This document shows, one piece after another, positions 20,234-29,534 of a stretch of 37,596 bases of DNA (position 1 is the stretch's first letter; each line of letters opens with the position of its first letter). The stretch is taken from NCBI GenBank assembly GCA_963769025.1, contig CAVYKI010000013.1, forward strand, positions 1 through 37,596, written 5' to 3'. The translations under genes were made by a program, and so were the position numbers. The notes under the pieces are model-generated. The model was given only the letters and a program-made list of their open reading frames with translations, was not told the origin of the DNA and searched no databases. The stretch comes from an uncultured Verrucomicrobiae bacterium (GTDB lineage: Bacteria; Verrucomicrobiota; Verrucomicrobiia; Chthoniobacterales; Chthoniobacteraceae).

Positions 20234-20487
20234 GGGGAGGGGGAGGAGACTTGGAGAGGAGGAGACTTGGAGAGGAGGAGACTTGGAGGGGGGAGACTTG
20301 GAGAGGGGGAGACTTGGAGAGGGGGAGACTTGGAGAGGAGGAGACTTGGAGGGGAGGAGACTGGGAGAGGAGGAGACTTGGAGGGGAGGAGAGTGGGAGG
20401 GGAGGAGAGTGGGAGAGGAGGAGACTTGGAGACTGGGGGAGGAGGAGACTGGGAGAGTGGGAGGAGAGGAGACTTGGAGACGGGGAG
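20234..20487. repeat. Purine-rich tandem repeat of about 16-bp units (GGAGACTT + GGAGAGGA variants)
   Basis: Read directly. Fills nearly the whole interval between the divergent collagen and four-helix-bundle starts. Confidence 0.9.
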
Positions 20488-20508
20488 CGGTGGTGCTATG
20501 AAAATGCG

Positions 20509-20880
20509 ATGAAGATTACCCGGCACACGGAGCTGGACGTTTTTCGCCGGGCGTTCGCGGCTGCGATGCAGGTCTTCGAGATTTCGAAGACGTTTCCCAA
20601 GGCAGAGACATATTCGCTTACCGACCAGATCCGCCGTTCCTCGCGGTCCGTTGCGGCCAACATCAGCGAGGCGTGGCGCAAGCGGCGATACGAAGCCGCG
20701 TTCATCAGCAAACTCAGTGACGCGGAATCGGAAGCCGCCGAGACGCAGACTTGGCTGCAATTCGCCGTCTCATGCGGATACCTGCCGGGTGAAAAGGCAT
20801 CCGTCCTAAACGAGGAATACGAGGCTATTATCCGCATGCTGGTTTCCATGATGGTAAACTCGGAGAAGTGGATCCTATAG
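20509..20880 (+). CDS. Four helix bundle protein (23S rRNA IVS-protein-like / TIGR02436-type family)
   Basis: Family signature L.VF...FPK.E.YSLTDQIRRSSRSVAANISEAW.KRRY...FISKL.DA.SEAAETQTWL.FA..CGYL. 123 aa. Confidence 0.92.
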   Translation: MKITRHTELDVFRRAFAAAMQVFEISKTFPKAETYSLTDQIRRSSRSVAANISEAWRKRRYEAAFISKLSDAESEAAETQTWLQFAVSCGYLPGEKASVLNEEYEAIIRMLVSMMVNSEKWIL

Positions 20881-20981
20881 GGAGACGGGGAGACGGGGAG
20901 ACGGGGAGACGGGGAGACGGGGAGACGGGAGACTCCGAGTCTCAAAGTCTCAAAGTCTCAAAGTCCCCCGTCTCCCCGTCT
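20881..20981. repeat. (GGGGAGAC) x6-7 followed by inverted units (AAAGTCTC) x3 and (CCCCGTCT) x2
   Basis: Read directly. Begins at the four-helix stop codon and ends just before the convergent gene's likely stop. Confidence 0.9.
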
Positions 20982-20985
20982 GGAA

Positions 20986-21688
20986 TCACGGCGCTACGGA
21001 GACGCTGGCGATGGCGGTGTAAGTCACCGACGGGGGCGTCGGCCTCGTAGTATTGCAGCCGGTATTCGCGGGTCTCGGGCTGGGTGGGAACGAGGAGCGG
21101 GCGCTCGTCGAGGTAGGGGCTGTTGAGGTCGATGGCCAGGAGCTCCCATGCGCCGCCGCCGCGTCGGCTGTAGATGGCCACGCCGGGCCGGCCATACTTG
21201 CGGAAGTTGATTTTCACCACCTCGGTCGTCTCGCCGCGCTCCACCTTGAGCGTGAAGGTGGGCACGGGATTCTCCGCCGTGTCCGCCGAGCCCACGATGC
21301 CGAGCTGGAGGCCGATGGCCTCGGTGTAGGTGGGCTGCTGCTTGATGATCTGCACGAGCGCGAAGATGCGCGTGAGGGCACCTGCGCCGACTGCGGTGAC
21401 TCCCGCAGGGAGGGCCGGCGCATTGAAGGCCGGCAGCACAAACGGATCGGGTCCCGGGCCGTCGAAGAGCGAGTCGATCGCCGACGTGCAGGCGGGGCCG
21501 AATTCCCGTGTGGCGTTCAGCCACGCGCCGGTGACGTATTCCAGATAGCGGGCATCGGCCACGCCGTCAGTCACCGAGGCCGCAGGCAGGCCGAGGATCG
21601 CATTGGCCGCCACCAGCTCGGTGGCGAAGGTGCCGAACCAGTCGGGGCGTTCGGCGATTCTCTTGGGGAAGTAGGGTTGTCGTTTCAT
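20986..21688 (-). CDS. Uncharacterised protein with helical N-terminus and Ig/FN3-like beta C-terminus. Possible upstream in-frame start at 21799; frameshift near 21025
   Basis: MKRQPYFP... start follows an A/C-rich tract. C-terminal pattern WELLAID..SPYLDERP....PETREYRLQY. The natural end YTAIASVSVAP* lies in the adjacent frame (stop at 20986). Fold call is inference. Confidence 0.7.
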
Positions 21689-21798
21689 GGTGGGTTTGTT
21701 TTTGGGTTTGGTCTTGGTTGGGTTATTGGGTGCCGGCGGAATTGCCGGACCCCAAAGCATTCCTGTGTTCCACAGGCCGCCGTCGTTCCACAGGGCCA

Positions 21799-22541
21799 TC
21801 AGGCCGCCCTCCTCGGCTTGGGTTGCGGGAATCTGATCTTCACCGATTCGCAGGATCGCGGTCGTCCGGCATCACCGAATCGCCGGCCTCTGCGGATGGG
21901 CCCTCCGCATTCCCGGTCGGTCCATGGGAACCGTGCACCGGCGGGGTTTTCAAAAAATGCATATCGCCCTGCCGCGGAAGCGGATGCTTGAGGGCCTCGT
22001 ACGGATGTTCCCGCTCCACCACTGAACGGTTCGGCGCCGCGACTGAACGATCCAGTTCCGTGACTGAACGATCCAGTTCCGCGACTGAACGATCCAGTTC
22101 CGTGACTGAACGGTTCAGTTCCGCGACTGAACGATTCAGTTCCGCGACTGAACGATCCAGTTCCGTGACTGAACGGTTCAGTTCCGCGACTGAACGATTC
22201 AGTTCCGCGACTGAACGATTCAGTTCCACGACTGAACGATCCAGTTCCGCGACTGAACGATCCAGTTCCGCGACTGAACGATCCAGTTCCGCGACTGAAC
22301 GATCCAGTTCCGCGACTGAACGATCCAGTTCCGCGACTGAACGATCCAGTTCCGCGACTGAACGATCCAGTTCCGTGACTGAACGATCCAGTTCCGTGAC
22401 TGAACGATCCAGTTCCGTGACTGAACGAAGCGCTCGCAACAACGAACGGCTTCGGAACAACCAGGAACGAAATCGACGGACTGGAGAAGCGCCTTTGCAC
22501 GCGCGGATGAAAGCACGGCGGACCGCGAACCCCCTAGCCAA
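21799..22541 (-). CDS. Possible heptad-repeat protein spanning the 21-bp array (reading frame ambiguous)
   Basis: Frame 21840..22541 gives a coiled-coil-like (SVAELDR)n. Frame 21799..22500 gives (SFSRGTG)n, and its TGA overlaps the ATG at 21799. Neither has a convincing start. Confidence 0.35.
22021..22427. repeat. 21-bp tandem array, consensus ACTGAACGATCCAGTTCCGCG; 19 full units plus a partial
   Basis: ACTGAAC recurs every 21 nt from 22021 to 22420 with no spacers. Variation is confined to a few positions. Confidence 0.97.
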
Positions 22542-22556
22542 GTACTTTTGGCGCCC

Positions 22557-22910
22557 TCAGTCCGGTGCCTGGCACGTTTTTTGAATCCGCGCCATGAACA
22601 GCAGTTCGTCCAAGAATAATCCCAACGCCTCGGCGTGCCGCGCCGCGCAATCCAGCGTGGGCCGGTGCTGGGCGTTCTCCGCCAGCCGCAACCCCTCATC
22701 GGTGACGCCCGCGCTCCCGTTTGTATTCGCCGGGGTGGTGCGCCGGGACAGCTCCTTCAGCGACATGCGCGCCTCTTCGCAGGCCACCAGCCGCCCATCC
22801 ACGGCGCGCAGCCATCCTTCGCGCAGCCCCTTGGCCACCGCTGCAAACTGTCCGCACACCGGATGCCACGCATCCAACGGAGCCGGAGGAATCGGATCAC
22901 CCACACCCAT
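22557..22910 (-). CDS. Hypothetical protein (~117 aa)
   Basis: ATG at 22910. Plausible helical sequence ending ALGLFLDELLFMARIQ. Co-oriented with the rest of the cassette. No family recognised. Confidence 0.4.
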   Translation of the reverse strand: MGVGDPIPPAPLDAWHPVCGQFAAVAKGLREGWLRAVDGRLVACEEARMSLKELSRRTTPANTNGSAGVTDEGLRLAENAQHRPTLDCAARHAEALGLFLDELLFMARIQKTCQAPD

Positions 22911-22982
22911 GGCCGCGGGAAACAGCAAATCCCCCCGGTGGCGTTCAAGGAAAAAATGCCTGCGCTGTTTTGTGCCGCGGCA

Positions 22983-23128
22983 CCATGGACTGCGGCAGCT
23001 CGCTGCCGCTTTGGAGGGCGAGCCTCGGCGAGTGCGGGGGTGCGGGGAGTTCGGCGGGTCGCGTCCAAATGGGAGTTCCTCGGCGAGCCTCGGAACGGAA
23101 AGCGGCAGCGAGCTGCCGCAGTCCAGGG
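22983..23128. repeat. GGAC-family composite REP, copy 3, complete, reverse orientation; sister of copy 2
   Basis: Both terminal hairpins present. Spacer GCGGGGGTGCGGGGAGTTCGGCGGGTCGCGTCCAAATGGGAG is nearly identical to that of copy 2. Confidence 0.92.
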
Positions 23129-23211
23129 GCGAAGCGAAGCGGGGCTCGTGATCGTCGTGTCTGGACTTGCAAGACGTGTCCAAGTACGGAGCCGCGTTCC
23201 ATTTTCCCCGA

Positions 23212-24354
23212 ATGCCCGAAACGCCTCCAACGAAAGTGCATGAGCAAGCCCGCGATGACGCGGTGGTGTTCATCGTTTCGCGGCTGCCGCCCGCGGTTTG
23301 CGGGGTGGGGGACTATACGATGCGGCTCATCGAGCATCTGCGCCTCGCGACGCCGCCGACGATGCTGGTGATGGAGGGCGCCGAAGCGACGCGTGCTGCC
23401 GTGCCGGGTCTCCCGGTGGAGCAAATCACGGCGGATCGTGCGGCGCTGCTTTCGCGGCTTCGGGAATTGGGTGCCGCGTGCGTGGTGCTGCAGTACGTCG
23501 GGTACGGGTTCCACTGGCGGTGCTGTCCGCTCTGGCTGCTGCGCGCGCTCGGGGAATGGAGGCGGAGTGTGCGCGGTGCGCGGCTGGTGGTGATGGCCCA
23601 TGAGCTGTGGGTTCGCTGCGCGTGGTGGAAGCCGGACTGGATCATTCAGCAGGTTCATCGCCGCGCGCTGCGCCGGCTCGCGGCGGTGGCCGATCAGGTC
23701 TTCACGAGCACGGAAGGCTACCGCGCATCGCTTGCGGATGTGGTTCCCGCCGGCCGGCTGCGTGTGCTGCCGATCGGGTCGAACATCGTTCCGGTCGCCG
23801 CCCCGGAAACCGCGGCGCGCGAACCGGGGAGCTGGGTGCTTTTTGGCCGGCAGGGCAGCCGGGTGAATGCGCTGAGGACGATGGCGCCGTGGCTGGCGAA
23901 GCTGCACGCCGCGGGCCACATCCGTTCGCTGACGGTCGCGGGAAGTTCCCAGGGCGATGCGTTCGCCGCGGAGGAGAAGTGCCTGCTCGCCTCCGCGCTG
24001 CCGGCGGACGCCATCCAGATCCTCGGGCCGCTGCCGCCGGCGGATTTGTCGCGGCTGTTCCTGCGGACGCAGTTCGGCATCTTCGCGCAGACGCCCGCGA
24101 GTTTCACGAAGTCGGGAATCTTCATGGCCTACGCTTCGCACGGGCTGGCCATCGTGGCGGACAATGCGGCGGGGCTCACGGGCGAGCCGCATCGCCGGGT
24201 GCTGCACCCGTCGGATTTGCTCGGGGGAAAAGCGGGCGCGGAGGCGGTGCGGGAGCGCGGTGCGCACCTGCTCGAATGGTATGGCACGACCGCGGATTGG
24301 GAGTCCATCGCGGCCGCCTATCGCACGGCGATCCAGAACCCCGAGCCCCAGTGA
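23212..24354 (+). CDS. Putative glycosyltransferase (GT4-like, divergent)
   Basis: RLPPAVCGVGDY, VVLQYVGYGF, VVMAHELW, LPIGSNI, FTKSGIFMAYASHG. Confidence 0.75.
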   Translation: MPETPPTKVHEQARDDAVVFIVSRLPPAVCGVGDYTMRLIEHLRLATPPTMLVMEGAEATRAAVPGLPVEQITADRAALLSRLRELGAACVVLQYVGYGFHWRCCPLWLLRALGEWRRSVRGARLVVMAHELWVRCAWWKPDWIIQQVHRRALRRLAAVADQVFTSTEGYRASLADVVPAGRLRVLPIGSNIVPVAAPETAAREPGSWVLFGRQGSRVNALRTMAPWLAKLHAAGHIRSLTVAGSSQGDAFAAEEKCLLASALPADAIQILGPLPPADLSRLFLRTQFGIFAQTPASFTKSGIFMAYASHGLAIVADNAAGLTGEPHRRVLHPSDLLGGKAGAEAVRERGAHLLEWYGTTADWESIAAAYRTAIQNPEPQ

Positions 24355-25463
24355 CCGACACGATCCTTTCCATCGAGCCCCGGCTGCCGCCCGCGGTGTG
24401 CGGCGTGGGGATGTACGGCTGGGAGCTGGCGCGGCGCTGGCCGGAGCCGGGGCCGCGGTTTGTGCATCTCGTGGTGGACGGCGCGGAGGCTTCGCGCGGG
24501 CTCCTCGGGAGCGGGGACATTTTCGAGACCGGCGGGAGCGCGGCGGCCCTCGCCTCGCGGATGGCGGAGTATCCGGGCGCGGGCGTGATCGTGCATTACG
24601 CGAGCCGCGGGTTTCAGCGGCTCGGCGTCCCGCTCTGGCTGTGGCGCGGGCTGTCGCGCTGGCGGCGGCGGCAGCCGGATGCGCGGATGGTCACGTTCCA
24701 TCACGAGGTCTCGCCACGGCTGCCGATGATGACCCGACATTACTTTCTCGAACGGATCGAGCGGTGCGTGACTGCGCGGATCGCGCGCGCGGCAAATGTG
24801 GTCGCGACGAACACGCGGGAGCACGCGGCGCGGCTGGAAAAAATCACCGGGCGCCGCGATGTGCGCTGCCTGCCCGTGCCCGCGAACATTCCCGCGCCGC
24901 CCGATTCGGACGGCAGCTTTGCGCGCCGGGAGGCGAGGGACTTCGTGGTGTTCGGCGTGCCGCTCACGCAATTGCTCACGGTGCGGCATTTCGCGGCGGA
25001 GCTGGCGGAATGGCACAGGGCCGGAGTGCTCGGACGGCTGCACGTGATCGGGCCGTCCGATGAAAAGTTTTCGCCGGAAACGGATGCGCTGCTCGCGCGC
25101 ACGCTGCCCGCGGATGCGGTCGTGCGGCACGGCGTGCTCGGTGCGCCGCAGGTGTCGGCGGTTTTGTCGCGCGCGGGATTCTTCCTCACGCAGAGCAACG
25201 AGAACGATTTTTCCAAATCGGGGACGTTCGCCGCGTTCGCCGCGCATGCGTGCGCGGTCGTGTCGCGGATGAAGGGTGCGGGCGGGCCGTTTGTGCACCT
25301 CATCCGTCCGGAGGAGGTGGCGCCCGCGGTGCAGCGGATGGAGCTTGGCGAATTCGCCCGGCGCGCGTGCGCGCTGCGGGAGTGGTATCTGCGCGAGTCC
25401 GACTGGCCGGTGGTGGCGGCGCGGTTTGCGGCGATGTTTTCCGAAAACGATCCGACGGCATGA
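24351..25463 (+). CDS. Putative glycosyltransferase, paralogue of the preceding gene
   Basis: GTG start overlaps the upstream TGA. RLPPAVCGVGMY, VTFHHEV, LPVPANI, FSKSGTFAAFAAHA. Confidence 0.75.
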   Translation: MTDTILSIEPRLPPAVCGVGMYGWELARRWPEPGPRFVHLVVDGAEASRGLLGSGDIFETGGSAAALASRMAEYPGAGVIVHYASRGFQRLGVPLWLWRGLSRWRRRQPDARMVTFHHEVSPRLPMMTRHYFLERIERCVTARIARAANVVATNTREHAARLEKITGRRDVRCLPVPANIPAPPDSDGSFARREARDFVVFGVPLTQLLTVRHFAAELAEWHRAGVLGRLHVIGPSDEKFSPETDALLARTLPADAVVRHGVLGAPQVSAVLSRAGFFLTQSNENDFSKSGTFAAFAAHACAVVSRMKGAGGPFVHLIRPEEVAPAVQRMELGEFARRACALREWYLRESDWPVVAARFAAMFSENDPTA

Positions 25464-26569
25464 GAATGGTGCTTTTTGCAACGATCGCCGGGACTGGCGG
25501 GATGCAGATGAACGGGCGCGGGCTCGCGCGGACATTCCTGGGCGCGGGGTGGGAGGTGATGGTGATCTCCTCCGTGCTGCATGCCGGCACGTCGGGGACG
25601 GTGAGGCCGGGCGAAAATGATGACCTCGTGCGCGCGGGCGCGCAGATCGTGTACATGCCGGAGATGCCCGGCGTCCGGGCGAAGCTGCGCGAGCTGGTGC
25701 GGCTCGTCCGCGCGGTGCGGCGTTTCCGTCCGGACGTGCTGCTGGGCACGGGGCTGAGCTGGCATTTCGGGCTGCTGGGGATGGCGCTGCCGTCGCGGGT
25801 GCGGAAGATTTTCTACGAGGGGATGTCGGGCGAGGCGTTTGGAAAAAAGGATCCGCGCCGGCTGGTGCGGCGGTTTTTCGACGAGGTGATCGGGCAGTCG
25901 CCGCGCGTCGCGGAGACGTTCGCGCGCGAATTCCGGTGGCGGAAGAAGCTCGCCGCAATCCCCGCATTTCCCGAGCCGCTGGAACTCACCGCGACGCTTC
26001 CGGTGGCGGTGCGGAAGGCCGTGCCGATCGGGACGGCGCGCGCGGGGTTCTTCAGCCGGCTGGTCGAGGGCAAGCAGGCGTTCTGGCTCGTGCGGCAATG
26101 GGACACGCTGAAGGACATGGTGAGCACGCTGGACATCCACGGCTCCGGGCCGGAGCAGGCGGAGATCGAGGCGTTCGTCAAAGCGAACGGGATCGGGGAT
26201 CGCGTGCGCTGCCTGGGACGCTACCCCAGCGGGCAGGCCTATGCGGATTTGCTGGCGACTTACGATGTGACGCTGCTGCCGACGGTTTTCCCGGAAGGCG
26301 CGCCGCTCGTGCTGCTGGAATCCATGGCTTGCGGGGTGCCCTTCGTCGCGAATGGCGTCGGCGGCATCCCGGACTACGCGACGGACAATCCCGACTGCAT
26401 CGTGGTGCCCGAGCAGGGAAGGTTCCTCGGCGGAGTCCGCACGATGATGGAGGCGCTCGCGCGCGGGGAGATCGATCAGGCGCGGCTCCAGCAATTTTAC
26501 CTCAGGCGCTATTCGAATGCCGCGCTGGCAAAGGAGTGGCTGGAATACATCGGCGATGGCAAAGCCTGA
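25460..26569 (+). CDS. Glycosyltransferase family 4
   Basis: FFSRLVEGK, PEGAPLVLLESMACGVPFVANGVGGIPD. Confidence 0.88.
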   Translation: MRMVLFATIAGTGGMQMNGRGLARTFLGAGWEVMVISSVLHAGTSGTVRPGENDDLVRAGAQIVYMPEMPGVRAKLRELVRLVRAVRRFRPDVLLGTGLSWHFGLLGMALPSRVRKIFYEGMSGEAFGKKDPRRLVRRFFDEVIGQSPRVAETFAREFRWRKKLAAIPAFPEPLELTATLPVAVRKAVPIGTARAGFFSRLVEGKQAFWLVRQWDTLKDMVSTLDIHGSGPEQAEIEAFVKANGIGDRVRCLGRYPSGQAYADLLATYDVTLLPTVFPEGAPLVLLESMACGVPFVANGVGGIPDYATDNPDCIVVPEQGRFLGGVRTMMEALARGEIDQARLQQFYLRRYSNAALAKEWLEYIGDGKA

Positions 26570-26593
26570 CCGTCCCTGCTCCTGAATCGCGCC

Positions 26594-27844
26594 ATGATTG
26601 CATTCTCCCATCCCACCGGAAACCAGAACTCCCGCCACGCCGCGCTCGCGATGGCGGAGGCGGGGCTGCTCGCCGAGCTGTGGACGTCGATCAGCTGGAA
26701 CGACCGGAGCTTCGTGAACCGGCTGCTGCCGCGGGCCGTGCGCGCCGAACTGCGCCGCCGGTCGTTTCCAGACGCGCTGCGGCCTTTCATCCGCACGCGG
26801 CCGTGGTGCGAACTCGGGCGGCTGATTTCCATCCGGCTGAAATGCGGATCGCTCTTCCGCGGCGAGATGGCGCGATTTTCGATCGATTCGGTCTTCAAGG
26901 CGATGGACCGCCACATGGCGCGCAGCGTCCTGCCGCGGCTGAAGCCGTCCGCGGTTTATGCGTATGAGGACGGCGCGGTGGAGACGTTCCGGGCGGCTTC
27001 GGAGATGGGGATTCACCGGTTGTACGAACTGCCGATCGGGTACTGGCGCGCGGCCCACGCGATTTTCCGCGAGGAGCGCGAGCGGGAGCCGGCATGGGCA
27101 CCGACGCTCGACGGGCTCGCGGACAGCGAGGCGAAGCTGCAGCGCAAGGACGACGAATTGCGGACGGCCTCGACGATCGTGGTGCCGAGCAATTTCGTGC
27201 GCGAGACGCTGAAGCTCGCGCCCGGGGTGACCGCGCCGGTCCATGTGATCCCCTATGGCGGACCGGCCCGCGTCCGCGAGCCAGTCCGAGCGTCCGACCG
27301 TCCGACCGTCCGCTCCGGGTGCTGTTCGTCGGTTCGCTCGGGCAGCGCAAGGGGCTGGGGTATGTGCTGAAGGCCATCGCCGCGCTCGGAAGCGGAGTGA
27401 CGCTGACATTGATCGGCAGGAAAACGTCGGAGGATTGCGAACCGCTGAACGCGGCGGTGAAGCGGCACCGGTGGGTGACGTTCGCGTGCCGCACTCCGAG
27501 GTGCTTCGCGAAATGAGCGAGCACGATGTGTTCGTGTTCCCGTCGCTGTTTGAAGGCTTCGGGCTCGTGATTCTGGAGGCGATGTCGCAGGGCCTGCCGG
27601 TCATCACCACGAGCAACAGCGGCGGGCTCGGACATCGTGACCGACGGCGTGGACGGCTTCGTCGTTCCGATCCGTTCGGCGGAGGCGATTGCGGAGAAAC
27701 TCGAACTGCTCGCCGTCCGATCGCCCGCGGCTCCAGGCGATGAGCGCCGCAGCCATCGAGACCGCGCGGCGGTGTTCGTGGGAAAATTACCGGAGGCGGT
27801 CTCGTGGAGGTCGTTGGCCCCGCTGGTGGCGAAGGCGTCCGTGA
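26594..27844 (+). CDS. Glycosyltransferase family 4 (several frameshifts; end approximate)
   Basis: IVVPSNFVRETL, RVLFVGSLGQRKG, VFVFPSLFEGFGLVILEAMSQGLPVITT, DGVDGFVVP in successive frames. Confidence 0.8.
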
Positions 27845-27848
27845 CGCG

Positions 27849-27968
27849 CCCTGGACTGCGGCAGCTCGCTGCCGCTTTCCTTCCGAGGCTTGCCGAGGAA
27901 ATCCCCACTCCCCCGCGCTCGCCGAGGCTCGCCCTCCAAAGCGGCAGCGAGCTGCCGCAGTCCAAGGG
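27849..27968. repeat. GGAC-family composite REP, copy 4 (single module, forward orientation)
   Basis: Hairpin, CCGAGGCTTGCCGAGGAA, spacer, CTCGCCGAGGCTCGCCCTCC, inverted hairpin. Confidence 0.92.
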
Positions 27969-28056
27969 CTCCACCGTCCCAACGTCACCGGACGTGCCGC
28001 ACCGCATTCTCGACGGAACTCGTCGCAAACGGCACGACTTGTGCTTTAAGCCGCTC

Positions 28057-29522
28057 ATGCACCCGGCAACACCCCGATCTCCCATTCAGGCAGGCCCCCT
28101 GCCCGCGGGGAGTTTTGCCGGCATGGAGGCGGAGCGCGACAAATACCGCAGCGTGAGGACCTGCATCTGGATCTATTTCTGGCTGCTGATTATTGAGGGG
28201 GCGCTCCGCAAGTGGGTGGTTCCCGGTCTGGCGAATGCGCTGCTCGTCGTGAAGGATCCCGTGGTGCTGATGGCCTATCTCTTCGCGCTGAAGGAGGCCC
28301 GTTTCCCGCGGAATGGCGTTTGTCACTTCGATCATTGTGCTCGGCGTGGTGACCTTCGGCCTCGCGGTCGTCGGCTACACGGCGGGGCTCACCCGGGGCA
28401 ATTTCCTCGTCGCAGCCTACGGCGCGCGGACGAACTTTTTCTACTTTCCGTTCGTCTTCCTGATGGCGGATGCGCTTCGCCGGGAGGATTTGAAGAAAAT
28501 GGGCAAATGGCTGCTCATCGTTTCCTTGCCGATGGCTGTGCTGGTGGCGGCCCAGTTCCGTGCGGGACCGGAAGCCTGGGTGAACAAAGGCACGGGCGAA
28601 GGGGTGGGCGGACAGATGCAGGCGGGTCGGGTCGGTGAGTGCAGAAAGTCCGCGCGGCCGGTCTCTTTTCCTACAACACCGGGCTCGCGACCTTCCTGAG
28701 TCTCACGGCTGCGTTTCTCGTCCATCACTTCCTGCGCGGCAAGGTGTACGGCCGGTATCTTGCGGTGGCGGCGTCGTTTGCCGTCGCCGGAAGCGCGCTG
28801 CTCTCCTCGAGTCGCACGACGACGCTTTCGGTGGTGCTGGTGGTCGCGGCCGGTGCGTTTTGCGTGTGGATTCAGCCGAAGTTTTTCAAGGGTTCGATGT
28901 GGCTGGCTTTCGTCGCGCTCGTCGTCGTGCTCGTGTTCGCCAGTTCGCGAACAATCCGGGAAGGGGTATGGGTGCTTGGCGAGCGGTTTGAATCGGCGGA
29001 GGGGTTGAAGGTGGGAATCTTTGATCGCACGATTTCGAGCCTCACGGAGGCTTTTGAGACGTTGGCAGGCACGGATTTTTCGGCCTCGGCCTGGGGGTGG
29101 GAACGAATGTGGGCGCGGTGCTGCTGACCGGCGCGCGGGGCTTTCTTGCCGGCGAGTCGGAGTGGCCGAGAGTCATCGGAGAGGTCGGGCTCGTGCTCGG
29201 GCTGGCCTTCATTCTGTTCCGTCTCCTGGTGGTCTGGCATCTTTTCCGAAAGGCGCTCGCGGCCCTGCGCCGCGGAGAGCCGCTCGCGATGCTGATCTTC
29301 GGCATGTGCGCGATCCACGTTCTCAACGGCCAGCTCGGCGCGGCGGCGACGCTCGGGTGGGCCGTTTTCGGCGCGGGGCTCTGTCTCGCCGCGGCAAAGG
29401 AAGAGGAGGAGCCGGGGGATGGGATGAGCCCCTTGATCGAGGCGGAGTCACGGGTGGTTCCCAAGGTCCGCGGGCGATCCGCGTATGCGGAGCAGCTTCA
29501 CTCCTCGAAACGGACGACATGA
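28057..29522 (+). CDS. Polytopic membrane protein, Wzy/O-antigen-polymerase-like (frameshifts near 28320, 28640, 29085)
   Basis: WIYFWLLIIEGALRKW start, many TM helices, LLSSSRTT and GLGVGTNVGA motifs. Located inside the polysaccharide locus. Wzy role is inferred. Confidence 0.6.
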
Positions 29523-29534
29523 TCCGTTCGCCCG

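Noticed and set aside
20251..20508. N-terminal extension of the four-helix protein (209-aa ORF) and other ORFs across this repeat
   Set aside because: These are translations of a stop-free purine repeat. Family similarity starts at the ATG at 20509.
20509..20880. Diversity-generating retroelement (Avd) or 23S rRNA intervening sequence
   Set aside because: No reverse transcriptase, no TR/VR pair differing at adenines, and no rRNA sequence in the window.
22021..22427. CRISPR array
   Set aside because: Units are contiguous 21-mers with no unique spacers, and there are no cas genes in the window.
19592..22910. Prophage remnant
   Set aside because: Only the collagen-like protein is phage-reminiscent. 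No integrase, terminase, capsid or other phage hallmark gene is recognisable.
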